From: Klebsormidium nitens
Lineage: Eukaryota; Plantae; Klebsormidiophyceae
Direction: 5' to 3'
Assembly (NCBI GenBank): GCA_000708835.1
Contig: DF237131.1
Location: forward strand, 88,882-152,881
Length of the DNA stretch: 64,000 nt
Shown here: piece after piece, positions 11,277 to 23,200 of the stretch
Position numbering within the stretch: the first letter of the stretch is position 1
How the letters are laid out: each line of letters opens with the position of its first letter
Translations under genes and position numbers: made by a program
Notes under the pieces: model-generated
Database searches by the model: none
What the model was told of the DNA's origin: nothing
Seen by the model: the letters and a program-made list of their open reading frames with translations, nothing else

Positions 11277-14200
11277 TCATCCATTGCAATTGTCAATCTG
11301 TAGCTCGTCCAGTATAATACTTTGACCTGTGTAAGGGAGTTCGCTCAAGAAGTCATTGTCACGATTCTCTCCCGTTGCCGCAGGTATCCGACCTAACAAT
11401 AATCTCTCAACATCTTCTGCGGAGTCCCAAACGTGTACCGTCGCTTCGCTCTTATACCCACTCTCGACATTCTGTAGTCGCTTCAGAAGAGGAAAACTGC
11501 AGAATCGACGTCGCATCAGACCAAGCGAACCGCGAAGTGGGTTTCTCTAAGAAGACTATAGTCGCCGTTAAGTGGCAAAATGTCACGCTCTGCTTCTGGA
11601 AAGCGTCACGCTCTGCTTTGAGTAAACCGACAGATCTCTTTCTCAGGACGAAAACCCAACCTAAACCAGGCTCTATGTCAGACACAGCACGTTGAAGACA
11701 GGCTTTGTCTCGCAAATGTCAAGAAGCACTAGGATTTGAATCATGTTGTCTCAATATCAACGGGCTCGAACTTTGTTTCCCGTGCGTGCCACCCGCAGGG
11801 GAAACACTCCTTGGAGCCAGCTGTCCGTCGAAACGCACAGGCTACACGGGAACCAATGCTTACTTCCTCCGGAAAACCGTGTCAATCTCTTCCAATCAGA
11901 CTGACCCCCCACCATAACATGTTTGACGTATCCTTACGCAAGGTTCACATGGAGACGTTTCAAGCGGACTTGGGTGGCTACGCGAAAGCGAAAGCCAAGA
12001 CCTTTCCTACTCGACCCTTTGATTCCCACCTTTCAGAAATCTGTGATTTTGAGAAAGGGTAAGCTTCAAGAAGGACTTACCCCGCCCTCGCTAGGACATG
12101 GTCTCCCCGTCGGAGCCTCAGACTGGGGCAGTAGTCGCCGCCCCCAACCCCCAGGTAGATGACGTGGAGCCCGTCTGGCCGGGGGTCACCCACGAGCTTG
12201 TCGAGAATCAGTCCCTGCAAGGGAAACAATCTAGTCAGCTGTTTGGAACTGCGTGGGAGATCAGTGAGGTCAATCTCGGGCGACATACCGCTGTTTGCGT
12301 CAAATCTGCCATCGGGTTCCAAATGCTCTAACCATGGTTCCTGATCTTGAACCGCTCGATCGATGCCAAGGAGGGCATCGGACGGCTCAGAATCAGGAAC
12401 CAGCCTCAAAAGTCTTACTGCGCGGAGATGTACGCAGATTCTCCCGCCTTATGCCACTAACGAAGCCGAGACAACGGAAGGAAGAAGCAGTAGGAGCCCC
12501 GAGGGAGAGCCGACTGTTGATTGGAACACGTCCAGCAGGTCACGGGCTCTATACCAACGTAGGACGGCAGGACGACACCAGTTGCGAAACAATATGCGAT
12601 AGCTGGCGCCAAATGATACTTATTCCTAAGACGAAACGATCCAAGCAGTGAATTGGTACGGAGCCGCCACTTGCGAAACAACGTGCAACAGCTGGTTCTA
12701 AAACTCATGTTTCGCAAAGACGAAATGAATCAAGTAAAAAGAATCAGTTGAAAGGCGCCAGTTGCGGAACAATCGCAGAAGCTGGCTCCCAATGGATATC
12801 TGCTTTTAAGACGATATGATCCAAGCATGGAATTACTACGGAGGCGCGCCAGTACCTTGCACATGTTTGGCGGGCATAGGGGGCAGCCGTGGGGTGGCAG
12901 CCCTAGGGAGTGGAACGGAAAAACGCGAAGCGCACCCGAGGAGTCGATCTCCGCCGGGTTTGTGTGTACGGAACTGAAGCAGTCCGTTAGGTCGTGGGCG
13001 GCAAGAATGGTGGCGATGAAGTGGGAGTTGGCGTCGCTGACAATGTGCAGAGAGCACCTGAAGGCGAGTACGGACAAGGCAAATCAGGACCTTGCGAAAC
13101 CGCAACTCAATTGATTTTTGAAAAAAGTTGCCGCCAATTTGGGCTGGGAACGGAACGGAGAGATAAAATGGAAGCTGTCATCGTTTCCAGGGTTCTGTTT
13201 ACTTTGAAGAGAAGAGGGAGCGGTTACGTGCTAGAGTGACAGATTACACAATGTTGTGCATGGTTGCACGATATGTTGAGGACGAGTTAAGTTCCGTGTT
13301 GGATTTCAAGACGTCTGGCGATGAGGATGAAGAAGGACCTGGCGTCGCTCACAATGGTGTGGCGAACAGCGACTTACAAGAAAGACAACAAGCTTCGATG
13401 CAAGACGAAACTGATGGTTGCAGGGGTGGGGAAAAACGTCGGAGTTGGCCTCGGCATTCTTTTGGATAAAGATGAAAAAGACAAGTGCAGCCAAGAAGGC
13501 TGCTGGAATGTGTGACCTCATCAGGGTTTCTACGTCAGCAAATTCCCTGTCCGCGAATTCAATGAATTGCAAGTTCGATACAGTGTTTAAACTTGGTTAA
13601 GCATGGCCAATTTGGTTACACCACATATCAGACCGAAAGCACACCAAGTGCCAGATTGACTTTATTGAAAGGACAGACAAGTTCAGAACGCACTTCACCA
13701 TCTTGAAAGACAGCTGGTGCACTACGGCGATTGGGATCGTACACAGGGCAAACTCTGGGTCGTTTGACGGCGTCCTACCGGAGCTTCTCCCTCCCTACGA
13801 CCGGAGCTCACTCATAAGAAATCCAACTTTCCTGTTGATCATTGACGTGATCGTACCACTTTACTTTGCCGTCTTTGTCGTGACAGGAAACATCGGGTTA
13901 CAAGAAGCTCACAAAGAAATGGTAATCAGAGCCACGAGAAAGCATGTTATAATTTTCCTCACCCCAATGCTGCCGTGCCTCGGATGGCCCTATCCATTGC
14001 TTTATGGAGGGGGATTCGGGGGAGGCAAGCATCAATCTCAGGCAAAGTCCGCCCCCTCAGGTGTAGCTCGTGCATCATGCGATCCTGGACAACCAATGAG
14101 AGGCGCTAAACCCAACCAGATTGACTACTGTTGATTTCAGGTTTCCTGACAATGACCAAAGGTCTGGGTGAGCTCGTGCATAACCTGTTCAGGAGCCCTT

Positions 14201-14928
14201 TGCCAATTCCTGGATAGGATTCAAAGGTCTTTTGGAATGCACGTAATCACAATCTATAATCCTTTCTTGAAGCTCCTGAAGAAAGAAAGGAGAGCGAGTG
14301 CCTTCTGTGTTCGAACGTGATGACAAATCTGGTAACTTTGCATCTTCTGACATATAGTTGTGTCGAAGTCCTGGCAATTGCCTCCATACTCAGTCAACAC
14401 GTAATTTCACTTGAACAGTGGGAGCAGAGAACCCAGAATGATACCTGCTCAATGCAATTGGCCAATCTGCAGATCTTCTAGCCCTCTCTGAAATCAAGAC
14501 TCACATGTGGAGTCTCTCCACAATCGAAAAGACATACCCAAAATCAAGGGGAAAAAAAGAGGGAGGGACCTTGCACCCCGCAAAGCCCCTTTGATGTGCT
14601 GGTGGTAAGCTATTTCGAAGCCTGCCAGCTGTTCCTGGTGCGCATTTGACCAAGTTCGCTCAACCACTACATATGAACTGTTGGCACACAACCAGGCCTG
14701 GGTCAACTTCTGGTTAGGAGATGACCAGGCTCGGTTAAACTCTTTGATCAACAGCTAGCGAATCCCTGTGTTGCTCACCATAAGCTGTGTCCAGGGGAGC
14801 TCCTTTCTGAGGCTCAGCATGAGGTCGCCCGCTCCCAGCTGCTCCACTACATAGGTGTCGCTGTTGTCATCGATCAGCGTCCAATCAAAATCGAAGATGA
14901 CCAGAAACTTCGCCGCCAATGAAGTCAT
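11277..14928 (-). CDS. PECP1-like: HAD-superfamily phosphatase, PHOSPHO1/PECP1/PS2 (pyridoxal/phosphoethanolamine phosphatase) family
   Basis: Five in-frame GT-AG exons: 14928-14779, 14084-13963, 13057-12856, 12214-12081, 11496-11277. Motifs: VIFDFDWTLIDDNSD, PWTQLMDRMMHELH, LHIVSDANSHFI, CPPNMCKG, IYLGVGGGDYCP. Confidence 0.92.
12577..12843. repeat. Degenerate ~86-bp direct duplication inside phosphatase intron 3
   Basis: 12577-12663 (ccagttgcgaaacaat..agctggcgccaaatg..taagacgaaacgatccaagca..tacggag) versus 12757-12843 (ccagttgcggaacaat..agctggctcccaatg..taagacgatatgatccaagca..tacggag). Confidence 0.85.
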
Positions 14929-15350
14929 GGTACGCCCGTCAAATTGACAAATAAGATAGCAGCTCTACATGTGTGCAAGTGACAAGTCAGACAGTCTACA
15001 TATCCTTCCCTTGAGAAACTCAATTTCGAACTCCAAATCTCCTCCCACATACTGCCGGAATTGCGAAGCACACCACAGAGAAATCTCTCAAAGCTTTCAT
15101 GAATGCTGGCCCAACTCGATACTATTTTCGAGGAGGCAAGCTTGATTTCCCAGGCTGCGGCCTTTGGCTTAGCAATCTGTGCACTTCAGACCACCATGAG
15201 CTGCGCCTGTCCGACTGTCGCCAGCTTGATCATCATGCATCCGCTGCATGAGCTGCGACCTGGGCCATTCATCATCACATGAGCAAGCACTGAACTTAAA
15301 GTGGGCGTCGGGGTATAAAACCCCTATTTTCCAGGCAGAATTGGGAATCG

Positions 15351-15420
15351 GCCGCGTTGCCGTAGCTCAGGTGTCCGCCTAAACCTGGCGTCAAAGTCCG
15401 AGGTCCTGGGTTCAAATCAT
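15351..15420 (+). pseudogene. tRNA-like remnant or tRNA-derived SINE head
   Basis: A-box-like GTAGCTCAGGTG and B-box/T-arm GAGGTCCTGGGTTCAAATC at tRNA-like spacing, with TATAAAA ~35 bp upstream. The D and anticodon arms and the acceptor stem do not fold cleanly. Confidence 0.45.
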
Positions 15421-15762
15421 AGAACTTGTACTTTGCCTCTTCATTTTTTGTCACATCTGGTTATTACGGCAGGCTTTTGGGGCCATACCGGGTACCTGAT
15501 CTAACCCGAGACATGCCATCTGACGATCAGAGATTGACCATCAAGAATTCGGGCTGATCGAACGGCGGAACTTATGTCTAACGCGAGTCTACCGGGCAAG
15601 TACGCCTTGACGTCATGCAACTTCGGCGGTACCTCTAAGCCTAAAAGTACCGTACCAATGCACCGCGGTACGCTGACGGAAATCTGATGTCACTAGCAAT
15701 CGCTACCGTTCGATCGATGGCGCACCGATCGAGCCGATGGAATCCTCAGCGTCCGATCAAAA

Positions 15763-15782
15763 TGGGACCCGCGGGTCCCACG
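15763..15782. promoter_or_regulatory. 18-bp palindrome overlapping a class-I TCP-type site in a divergent promoter
   Basis: TGGGACCCGCGGGTCCCA is a perfect palindrome (15763-15780). Its right half plus the next base gives GGTCCCAC, matching the GGNCCCAC consensus. It lies between the divergent phosphatase and HAPSTR1-like genes. Confidence 0.4.
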
Positions 15783-16322
15783 CCCACTTTAAGTTTAAGC
15801 CTCAGCCTGCACCCGTGAGTCTTCCTTTCCGATTTTGTCTTTGTAAGCCGTCCGTCATAGAATCGGACGATAGAACATGCTCAGAAATATTGCTTCAAAT
15901 TTGAAACTCCAGACTAGTTCGCATGAAACGCTAGGGGCACGACTGTTTCTGATGTCACAAATCTGCACAGAGGGATCAGCAACACAGGAGCGCGCTAGGT
16001 TTCTGTGGAGGAGAAGGGTTTGAACGTCAAGCTGTCACCATCACCGGCGTTCTTTCCGGGCGCCCTCAACGCTCCTCCGCATGCCGAGTCTCGAGAGGTT
16101 CTTTGCTCTTTCATTCTAGCCACTTCATAGAGCTTGGAGCTTTCAGTTTCTCGCCGCTTCCCTTTTCGAAGAAGTTATAAGGCTCATGCCGTTGCCGATT
16201 CGAAGGGTTGGTTGTTGAATAGGTCACGTTTGAAACAAGGTCTGCAATACCTGGAGCCTTTCTACTTTGAACCACGCCCGCAGACTCGTTGCTTGGTCTG
16301 AGCGTTCCCGCTTCAAGTAGAC

Positions 16323-18604
16323 ATGGGGAAGAAGAGGAAGGCCGAGACCTCGGGGATGGAGGAGGTGGAGAAGGGGCTGTACTCGTCTTTCTGTGCGGCA
16401 GCCAACTCCATCTCGCAGCTGTATACCCAGGCGCAGAGTCAGCAGCGGCTCTCATTTGCGGCTGGCCAGCGTCATGCCATGGTGAGCTTTCAAGACTCTG
16501 AAATGTAAGTTTGACGTTAAGCTTTTGTTGCATGCTGAACCCTTCTCTAGGTCTTGGCTGAAAATACTCTTGACTGTGAAGGTATCCAGTAAGCAGGTTG
16601 GTCGGAGGGTTTGAGACCAAGCGGCCTGAGTGTCCCTTGTCTGTGTTGTTGAGAGGCTCTCCTCGTGCCACACGTGCCCTTTAAGTGGTCCATTCCTTGC
16701 TGCAATGTGACAGATTTGGAGGATCACTCTTAACAGGGTTCATCCATTTTCACTGTTTTGTCACTGACCTGCTGGACAAGTGAATGGGCGTCCCTTGGGT
16801 TGCATGACATAGCCCATTGGGGTTTCAGCTGCACTTGGCAAATAAGAAATGGGTCACTGAAAGCTGAAATGAAGGAAGCTGCTACTATTGAACGGGGTTC
16901 CTAAGGCACTCGCTGAGTACGGTTTGGCCTATGGCCTGGATTGCGTTGGTGGTTGAAAGCTGAGGCAACCAACAGGTTGTTTGGAACTCATGCAGAACCT
17001 TTCATGCAGTTCAAGCGGTGTAACATGACCACTGACCTCTTCCGAGCTTTGCTGACCTTTGTCAATCTTCCCATTGCTCTTCTTAAATACTCCTGTTCAA
17101 GTCGATCACACCTACACGCGGCACCAATGTTGCGCAGCTGGTTGTAGTCCGCCTGCATTTGGACGCCTCAAGTACTTCATTGTCACCTCCTTTGATATGA
17201 GGTCGAGTGACCTTTTCAGCAGTTTTCAGGTGCATTTTGCAATCTGGCATGCAGCGCGGATACTCCCCCTGAGCAGCTTCCCAAGTTCGTGCTCACGAAG
17301 TTTGTACGGGTGCCTGCAGGATCAAGTTTACCAATGGGTGCTCCGGCAGCGGGATGCAGGCGCCACGCAGCTGTCGGCCGATCAACTCCTCAACTTTCTC
17401 CAGGTAAGATACGCTCTCTGCGTAGTTTGGATGAGAAACTTTGCTTGCTTGCTTGCTCAGCACCTCAATGGATGGCTGTGGGACTGCGTATCGACCTTGT
17501 CCTAAGCTTGTGCTTCGTCGCCTTGTATGCCATGCATATTTCCATCTGTTCGTATGCTCCATTTGCGTATACTACTGTGGTTTCAATATTTTGTTAGGTC
17601 ATGCTTGATGGTATGCAACTGCAGTTCTTCGTTGCATTACGACCCTTACTTGGCTTATTGGTCCCTGAGGCAAGGCCATCTGACACACTCTCTTGCATTC
17701 TGACAGAGGGAACTAGACACGGGAGACATTGCCGTCTCGCACTTCAGCCAGCAAGCGGCTGCAGCGACCGCCCCCGCGCCAGCAGCATCCCCCCCCCCAG
17801 CAACTTCCATCTCGCACCATGCTCGGGTCCTGTCCTCCCACCAGGCTCAGGCTAGCGGCCAACCGCCTTTGCCGCAAACCAACTCACGGGGGGGTCACGC
17901 TTTCACCCCCCTAGACAGAAGCACGGATCTGGCCCTCATTGACAACAAAGCACAGATGTTTGGAGGGACGAGCCCTCAGAGGCGAGTGTTGGGTTCATTT
18001 GCGGGGCAGTGGACACAGGGTGGGGGGTACGACAGGGGCCGGGCGTCGGGGCCGCAACACCAGGGGGGGGCTGCACCTGGGATGTTTGGGGCAGCGACGG
18101 TGAGTGCTGTGGTCTGGATTGAGCAACTTTCTTTCTCCAGTGTCCTAGTCGAGTGATTACTTCCAAAGAAGGATGCTTATGAGTAGTAACAAATGGTCTC
18201 TGAAGTGATTAGGAGGGCCGGAATTTTTAGAAGCTGGTAAGAGTCGATTGTCAACGCATACTGGAGGATTCTTCTAGGCAGTCTGTTGAGTCTGTTGAGC
18301 CAGTGCTGGTGCTCGCATGTTCCAGACAGCAGCTATTTGGTACTTCTTTGCTTGGAGCGCCAGAGCTTTGCAAAGGTTGAGGGTGAAACTCATTGGCGAG
18401 TCGTAGGATCAAGCCTTGCGCATGGGAACGGATGCTTCTTATGCTGGGAGTTGTCTCACACTTCTGTTCGCCCCTTCCATTCATCTGCAGGCTGAGGTGC
18501 CTGGGGGTCTGGACGGGCATCAGCATATGCCAAATGGCGAACCCACCCAGGAACCAGAACAGCAGGGGGGTTACGGCGGGCCTGATGACGACTTCATGAT
18601 GTAA
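16323..18604 (+). CDS. HAPSTR1-like: HAPSTR1/TAPR1 (C16orf72, DUF4588)-like protein
   Basis: Exons 16323-16481, 17320-17403, 17707-18099 and 18491-18604, all phase 0 and GT-AG. MGKKRK..EVEKGLYSSFCAAANSISQLYTQAQ..SFAAGQRHAMDQVYQWV..DQLLNFLQRELD matches the conserved plant F..AA.SL.QLY family. Confidence 0.85.
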
Positions 18605-20273
18605 TGTAGCTGAACGGCAGCGTTTGCCGAGCAGGCCCTCATTCTTTCTCTCGGAGACGGCTGAAGGGACGCCATGTGAGGAGCAATAAGCTGTAGCACA
18701 ATCGAAGTCGGAGCCTAGCGACCTGTTAGAGCGCACGCTATATGGGCGACCAGCGAACCAGCATATTGCTAGGATTGCGTCCCAACTCAGGGACGTGCAT
18801 CCTGTTGTCAAGAAGGAAGGGCTTTGCTGTTCTCGAGCAATCTGCTCGATAGTTGCCTTTTCTTAGAGGGACAGGGGCTGATAAGCATGCTAACACGTCA
18901 CACTGTTCATCCGAGTAGAGAGGGTCAAGTAGTTTAGGGTAGTGGGTGTCCATATCAGCCCGTTAGCTGTGTCTACAACAGTCCGTGTTGCCACACATAT
19001 TCTGGCTCTGTGTTCCAGAGAAGCTGAACTCTTGATGCCAAGCACTCAATCGACAAGTCTTGAATCACGCGATCTCCTACGACGATCTTGGGACTGGAAA
19101 GCTCTGCAAATGTAGTCTGTTTACACGGAATGAGAAGTGAAGGTTCTCTCTCGAAGCACATATTGTCCTGCTAAGTTCTGAAACGAGGTGCTTCCATACA
19201 TGGCTTCTAACATGCCACCATACGTACTATGATGCAGTCTGACGGTCTGCTATGATGATAGTATGATTACGTTGTCTAGCATTCGCACCACCACGTCTAG
19301 GCGCCTTTGCACGCTGCCGCCATGACGGACCCAGGGGCTCACTTGTGGATCCCAGCTGGCCGCCGGCCTGTGCATGTGCCGTCTCGGTCACTGCAAACGG
19401 CTGTTAGCATGCTCACATGCATATAGTGCATTCGTTGTTATTCACATTTTGCTACATTGGACGCGTCGTGAAGCATTAATTTGATCATGAATGACAAAAC
19501 CGAGCTTAGATTCTCTGATGAACGAAGCGACAAGCTTGTTCGTCCGAGAGATCCACAATGTTGCTTATTCACTTTTGCAGCCGCCCAATTTCAAGCCTCA
19601 TGATGATGAAGCTAGAGAGACAATTACATCTGCGCCGCGGGCTCCGATTTACTACCCAATGCTCAGGAATTTTATAAGACCGCTGGGTCCATCTTGGGAC
19701 TCGAGGGCATTTTGCAACGCTTACAAAGGCGTGTCCAATCACCTAGTAGGCCCGTTGCCAATGTGCGCGCAGCATTATCGCTACACGAAGTCTTTGATCA
19801 AGACTCTAAATTGCACGATCGGGTCACTGACAGAGCTTAACAGCATTCTGAGGCTCTCTGCAAGTCAGGACCATGAGCAAGTCACGCATTGCTGTAACAC
19901 GCCATCCGGAGTGCAAACTCCCAAATTGGCCGAGTGTGCTACCAACGACTTCTTACTTCAAACACAAGCATGCAGCCGACGCACCTGGATCGTTCTCGCT
20001 TGCATCTTCCCAAGTTCACAATCGAATATATATACAACTCGGAGTTGCACCCTGTGCCATGCGACTTGGAAACGCTGAATCGCATGAGTCCACCTTCGAT
20101 ATACACATGAAGCTCATTGTAAGGCTTCCATTCATTGGCAAAACGTAATTTGAGAAGGTCTTTCGTACATGGTGTCAAAGAATTGCTCACTACTCTACAT
20201 AAGTGCATCCTAAGAACATGCCTTGGCCTCTTCAAGCATGCCTGTTTTGACTCTTGCGGCTGCTCTTACCACT

Positions 20274-23200
20274 TCAATCTACTTCGTACATCTGTAACTG
20301 CTGCCCTTGGAGCTGAGCATCTTGATCCTTCGGATCGGCATCTGCTGGCACATCTGCTTCTACAGGCTGCTCACAAAGCTCGATCAAGTAGCAAACGGTG
20401 TCGACGGACGCCGTCTCAGCTGCCTCGCTGCATTCCGACACCGTGTCTTCGTACTCTTCATCGTCTGACGGCAGGTTGCGCCTTTCCTCTTGGAACCTCT
20501 TGAAAGGGTCGTCGGCTTCCTCTTCTTCTGGCGGAGGGGGTGCTGAGAAAGGATGGTAATGTTCCATGAGAAGGGGCTCCTCGCGCTCTATAGCCTTCTT
20601 CTGCGGGCGGTCAAAGAATCCTTTCCTGATGGCCGACTGCGAGCTCACCGTTTCCTTATCCCGCGTCTCGAGCCCCTTCGCATTCCCTGTTCGCAGAGAG
20701 TCTGCCTCTGACTTGCTCTCCCTGAGTGCCACGTGTCGACTCATGACTCCCGTGCTCGTAGCTAGCCATCCCCTGCTCTCGTGCATCCGTCCGGATCTCG
20801 CATGGCCCCTCCAACCGTTACTCCCCGTTTCCTCTTCGTCACTGCTCACGTCATCTTCCTCGCCGCCGAAACGCCCTTCCAAACCAAAGCGCCCCAACTC
20901 CCAGCCCCGCGAGCCCCCAATCTCCTGATACTTCCTCCCGCTGGTGGCTTTGACGGCGAATCTCACCGTGTCTTTCACCGTCCAATTGGCGACCAGTTCT
21001 GATGCCAGCCTGTCTCCTTGTGTCGCCCGCTCCCTCAGCTCCTTGACCATGTTCATCTCCGCAGCCGCGACGTTGGCAGCGTCGGCGCCGCCCTTCAGGA
21101 GCCGCTCGCAGAGGAAGAACGCGCAGGGGTGCAGCGCGTCGTGCTCGAGAAACGCGCGCACCAGCTTGTCGTAGGCGGAGTGCCCCTCCATCGCGGCCGC
21201 GTGCGCGCGCATCAGGAACTCGCGCGCCGCGCGGTAGTCGCGGTGGCCTGTCCCCGTCTCGCTCGCGCGCAGGACGCGCTCGTGCAGAGCATCAGCGTCG
21301 CAAGTGCGCTCGAACTCGTCCACCATCTGCAAACGGATCTGGCAGGCCTCAGACGCGAGCATCTGAATCGACTGTCATTTCGGAGGATTCCTCACTGGGG
21401 GAGATCGCAGACAGTCTGTCTAGAGTAGCCTCAGAGACCCTGTGGGTAGCGCCGGAAATCCGGCGTAGAATACGGTTAGCAGGCATCCTCTGCAAAGAAT
21501 GATTATCTTCGCAGAATTTTTTTTTGATGGCAAACAGAGGTACGAGAAATTTAAGAGAATTGGGCCGAAGATTCATTACTCCTCAAGTAGTACCATAACA
21601 AGGACTCTTGTCGGCTCGAATCGTGACCCCTTGCTTCTCGATCATCCGAAAAATGCAGAAGACAGTGCTCGCACGCTAGAAGAGACGTCTGATCCAAAGG
21701 ACTACGCAAACAAATTTCTTGATTATTTGCCACGTACCGACCGAGCGTTCGCGTCCCCGTAGACGTCCGCCCGCTTGTTCAGAAAGTTCAGCGCCATCTC
21801 CAGAGGCTCGCGGAGCGCGCGCGTCCCCGCCATCTGCAGCTCGCGCACCAGCTCACGCACCCGGGCATCCTTCGGTGAGCGCGCGCGCATCCATTGGAGC
21901 AGCACCAGAAGCAACAGTTTCGTCGACTCTTCATCTCCGGAAGTCACTCTGGGCGTCGGTTTGTGGGCTTTGTGGAGCACGTCCACCTGTGTGACGGCGA
22001 GTGTACGTCAGCAAAGATTAGGCATCAAACTCTGCACACTCTTGTGGCCAGAGAGTGAGTCTTTGCAGATTCGTGGCCTTGGCGTGAAAGGGTTTTGAAC
22101 AAGCAAATGAGTAGGCGAATCAAAAGAGGACTCGGCGAGTGCAGGCTTGACAGGCAGGAGTGGTGTTTTGATCTTCATGAAAGGATTCATATGGGTCCAA
22201 GGAATGCTTGGATGTTCCATTTAGAACGAATTGTATTGAGAAAGTGATTGTATACAGTCCTTCCAAAAGATGACAATACGGAACATACAGAGAGTTTGCA
22301 GACAAGGTGCTACACTATACTCAGAGAGCTCACCAATTGGCCGAAGCAGTCTTCTACATCCTCGTTTTTGGGTTTGAGCCGTTGGACATCCTTCTCCATG
22401 ACAGATAAAATTCTGCAGGAACACATATTTTCTTCAATGAATGCAAGGAGATCCAGGCAATGCAACTTAGGCAGCAGGCGCAGCCAAATGATCCTATGAC
22501 TAAGTTTCAAGATCATTCTGTCATCACAAAAAACGCTGTGCGATCCAGTTTCCTCCTTGATTCCTTCTTTATAAGCAGAGACTAGGAAATTTGTCCAGCA
22601 TAAGCTCAAAGAAACCAGCAAGCTGCTTGTCAAGTGGCAGAAGATCAGACCTACCGCTTCGTCCTGACCACCAGCTCGTTCCGTTCGTCAATCTTGGCGT
22701 TCCGCTTCGCGTGCTTCTTGCAAGAAGCCTCTTGGCATACATCCAGAACCTCCACTGCATCTTCGGTTTCCAACCCCGGGTGCGCTCTCAATGTGTCCCG
22801 TTCGATCTGATCCAGCAGAACTCTCACTCCCTGCGCGTCCCATTGGTTGGCCAGCACGTTGAGCTGCGTCAGCAGGAGAAGAGCCTGCATTTCCTGTGTC
22901 CTCAAGCGTCCGAAAAGATACTCGAGCACTGCAGACCGGAGCTGCATGTGCATCTTGCAAGGTTCTTCATCTGGGAGAAACTCGTTGTTGTCTTTCTCTG
23001 TCATCGAATCCCAGATCTTGATCAGCTTGTTGCGCAGCCCGATCGGTCCGCTCTCCTTCCTGCACTCCTCCAATTCTGAAAGCTTTCGTGCTGCAGCGCC
23101 ATCCCTCCTGCTTGCGTACTCCTCGAGCGTAGCGATCACGATGACGCCATGTATCGCACTTTTGACTTCTGGCATGTCTACCGCGAAAGATGTTCGCCGT

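Noticed and set aside
17785-17800. Suspected frameshift at a C10 run in HAPSTR1-like exon 3
   Set aside because: With 10 C's the exon (17707-18099, 393 nt) stays open and in phase.
19491-20078. 195-aa + strand ORF
   Set aside because: No recognisable motif, atypical codon composition and probably 3' flank or decayed repeat. Cannot be supported as a gene.
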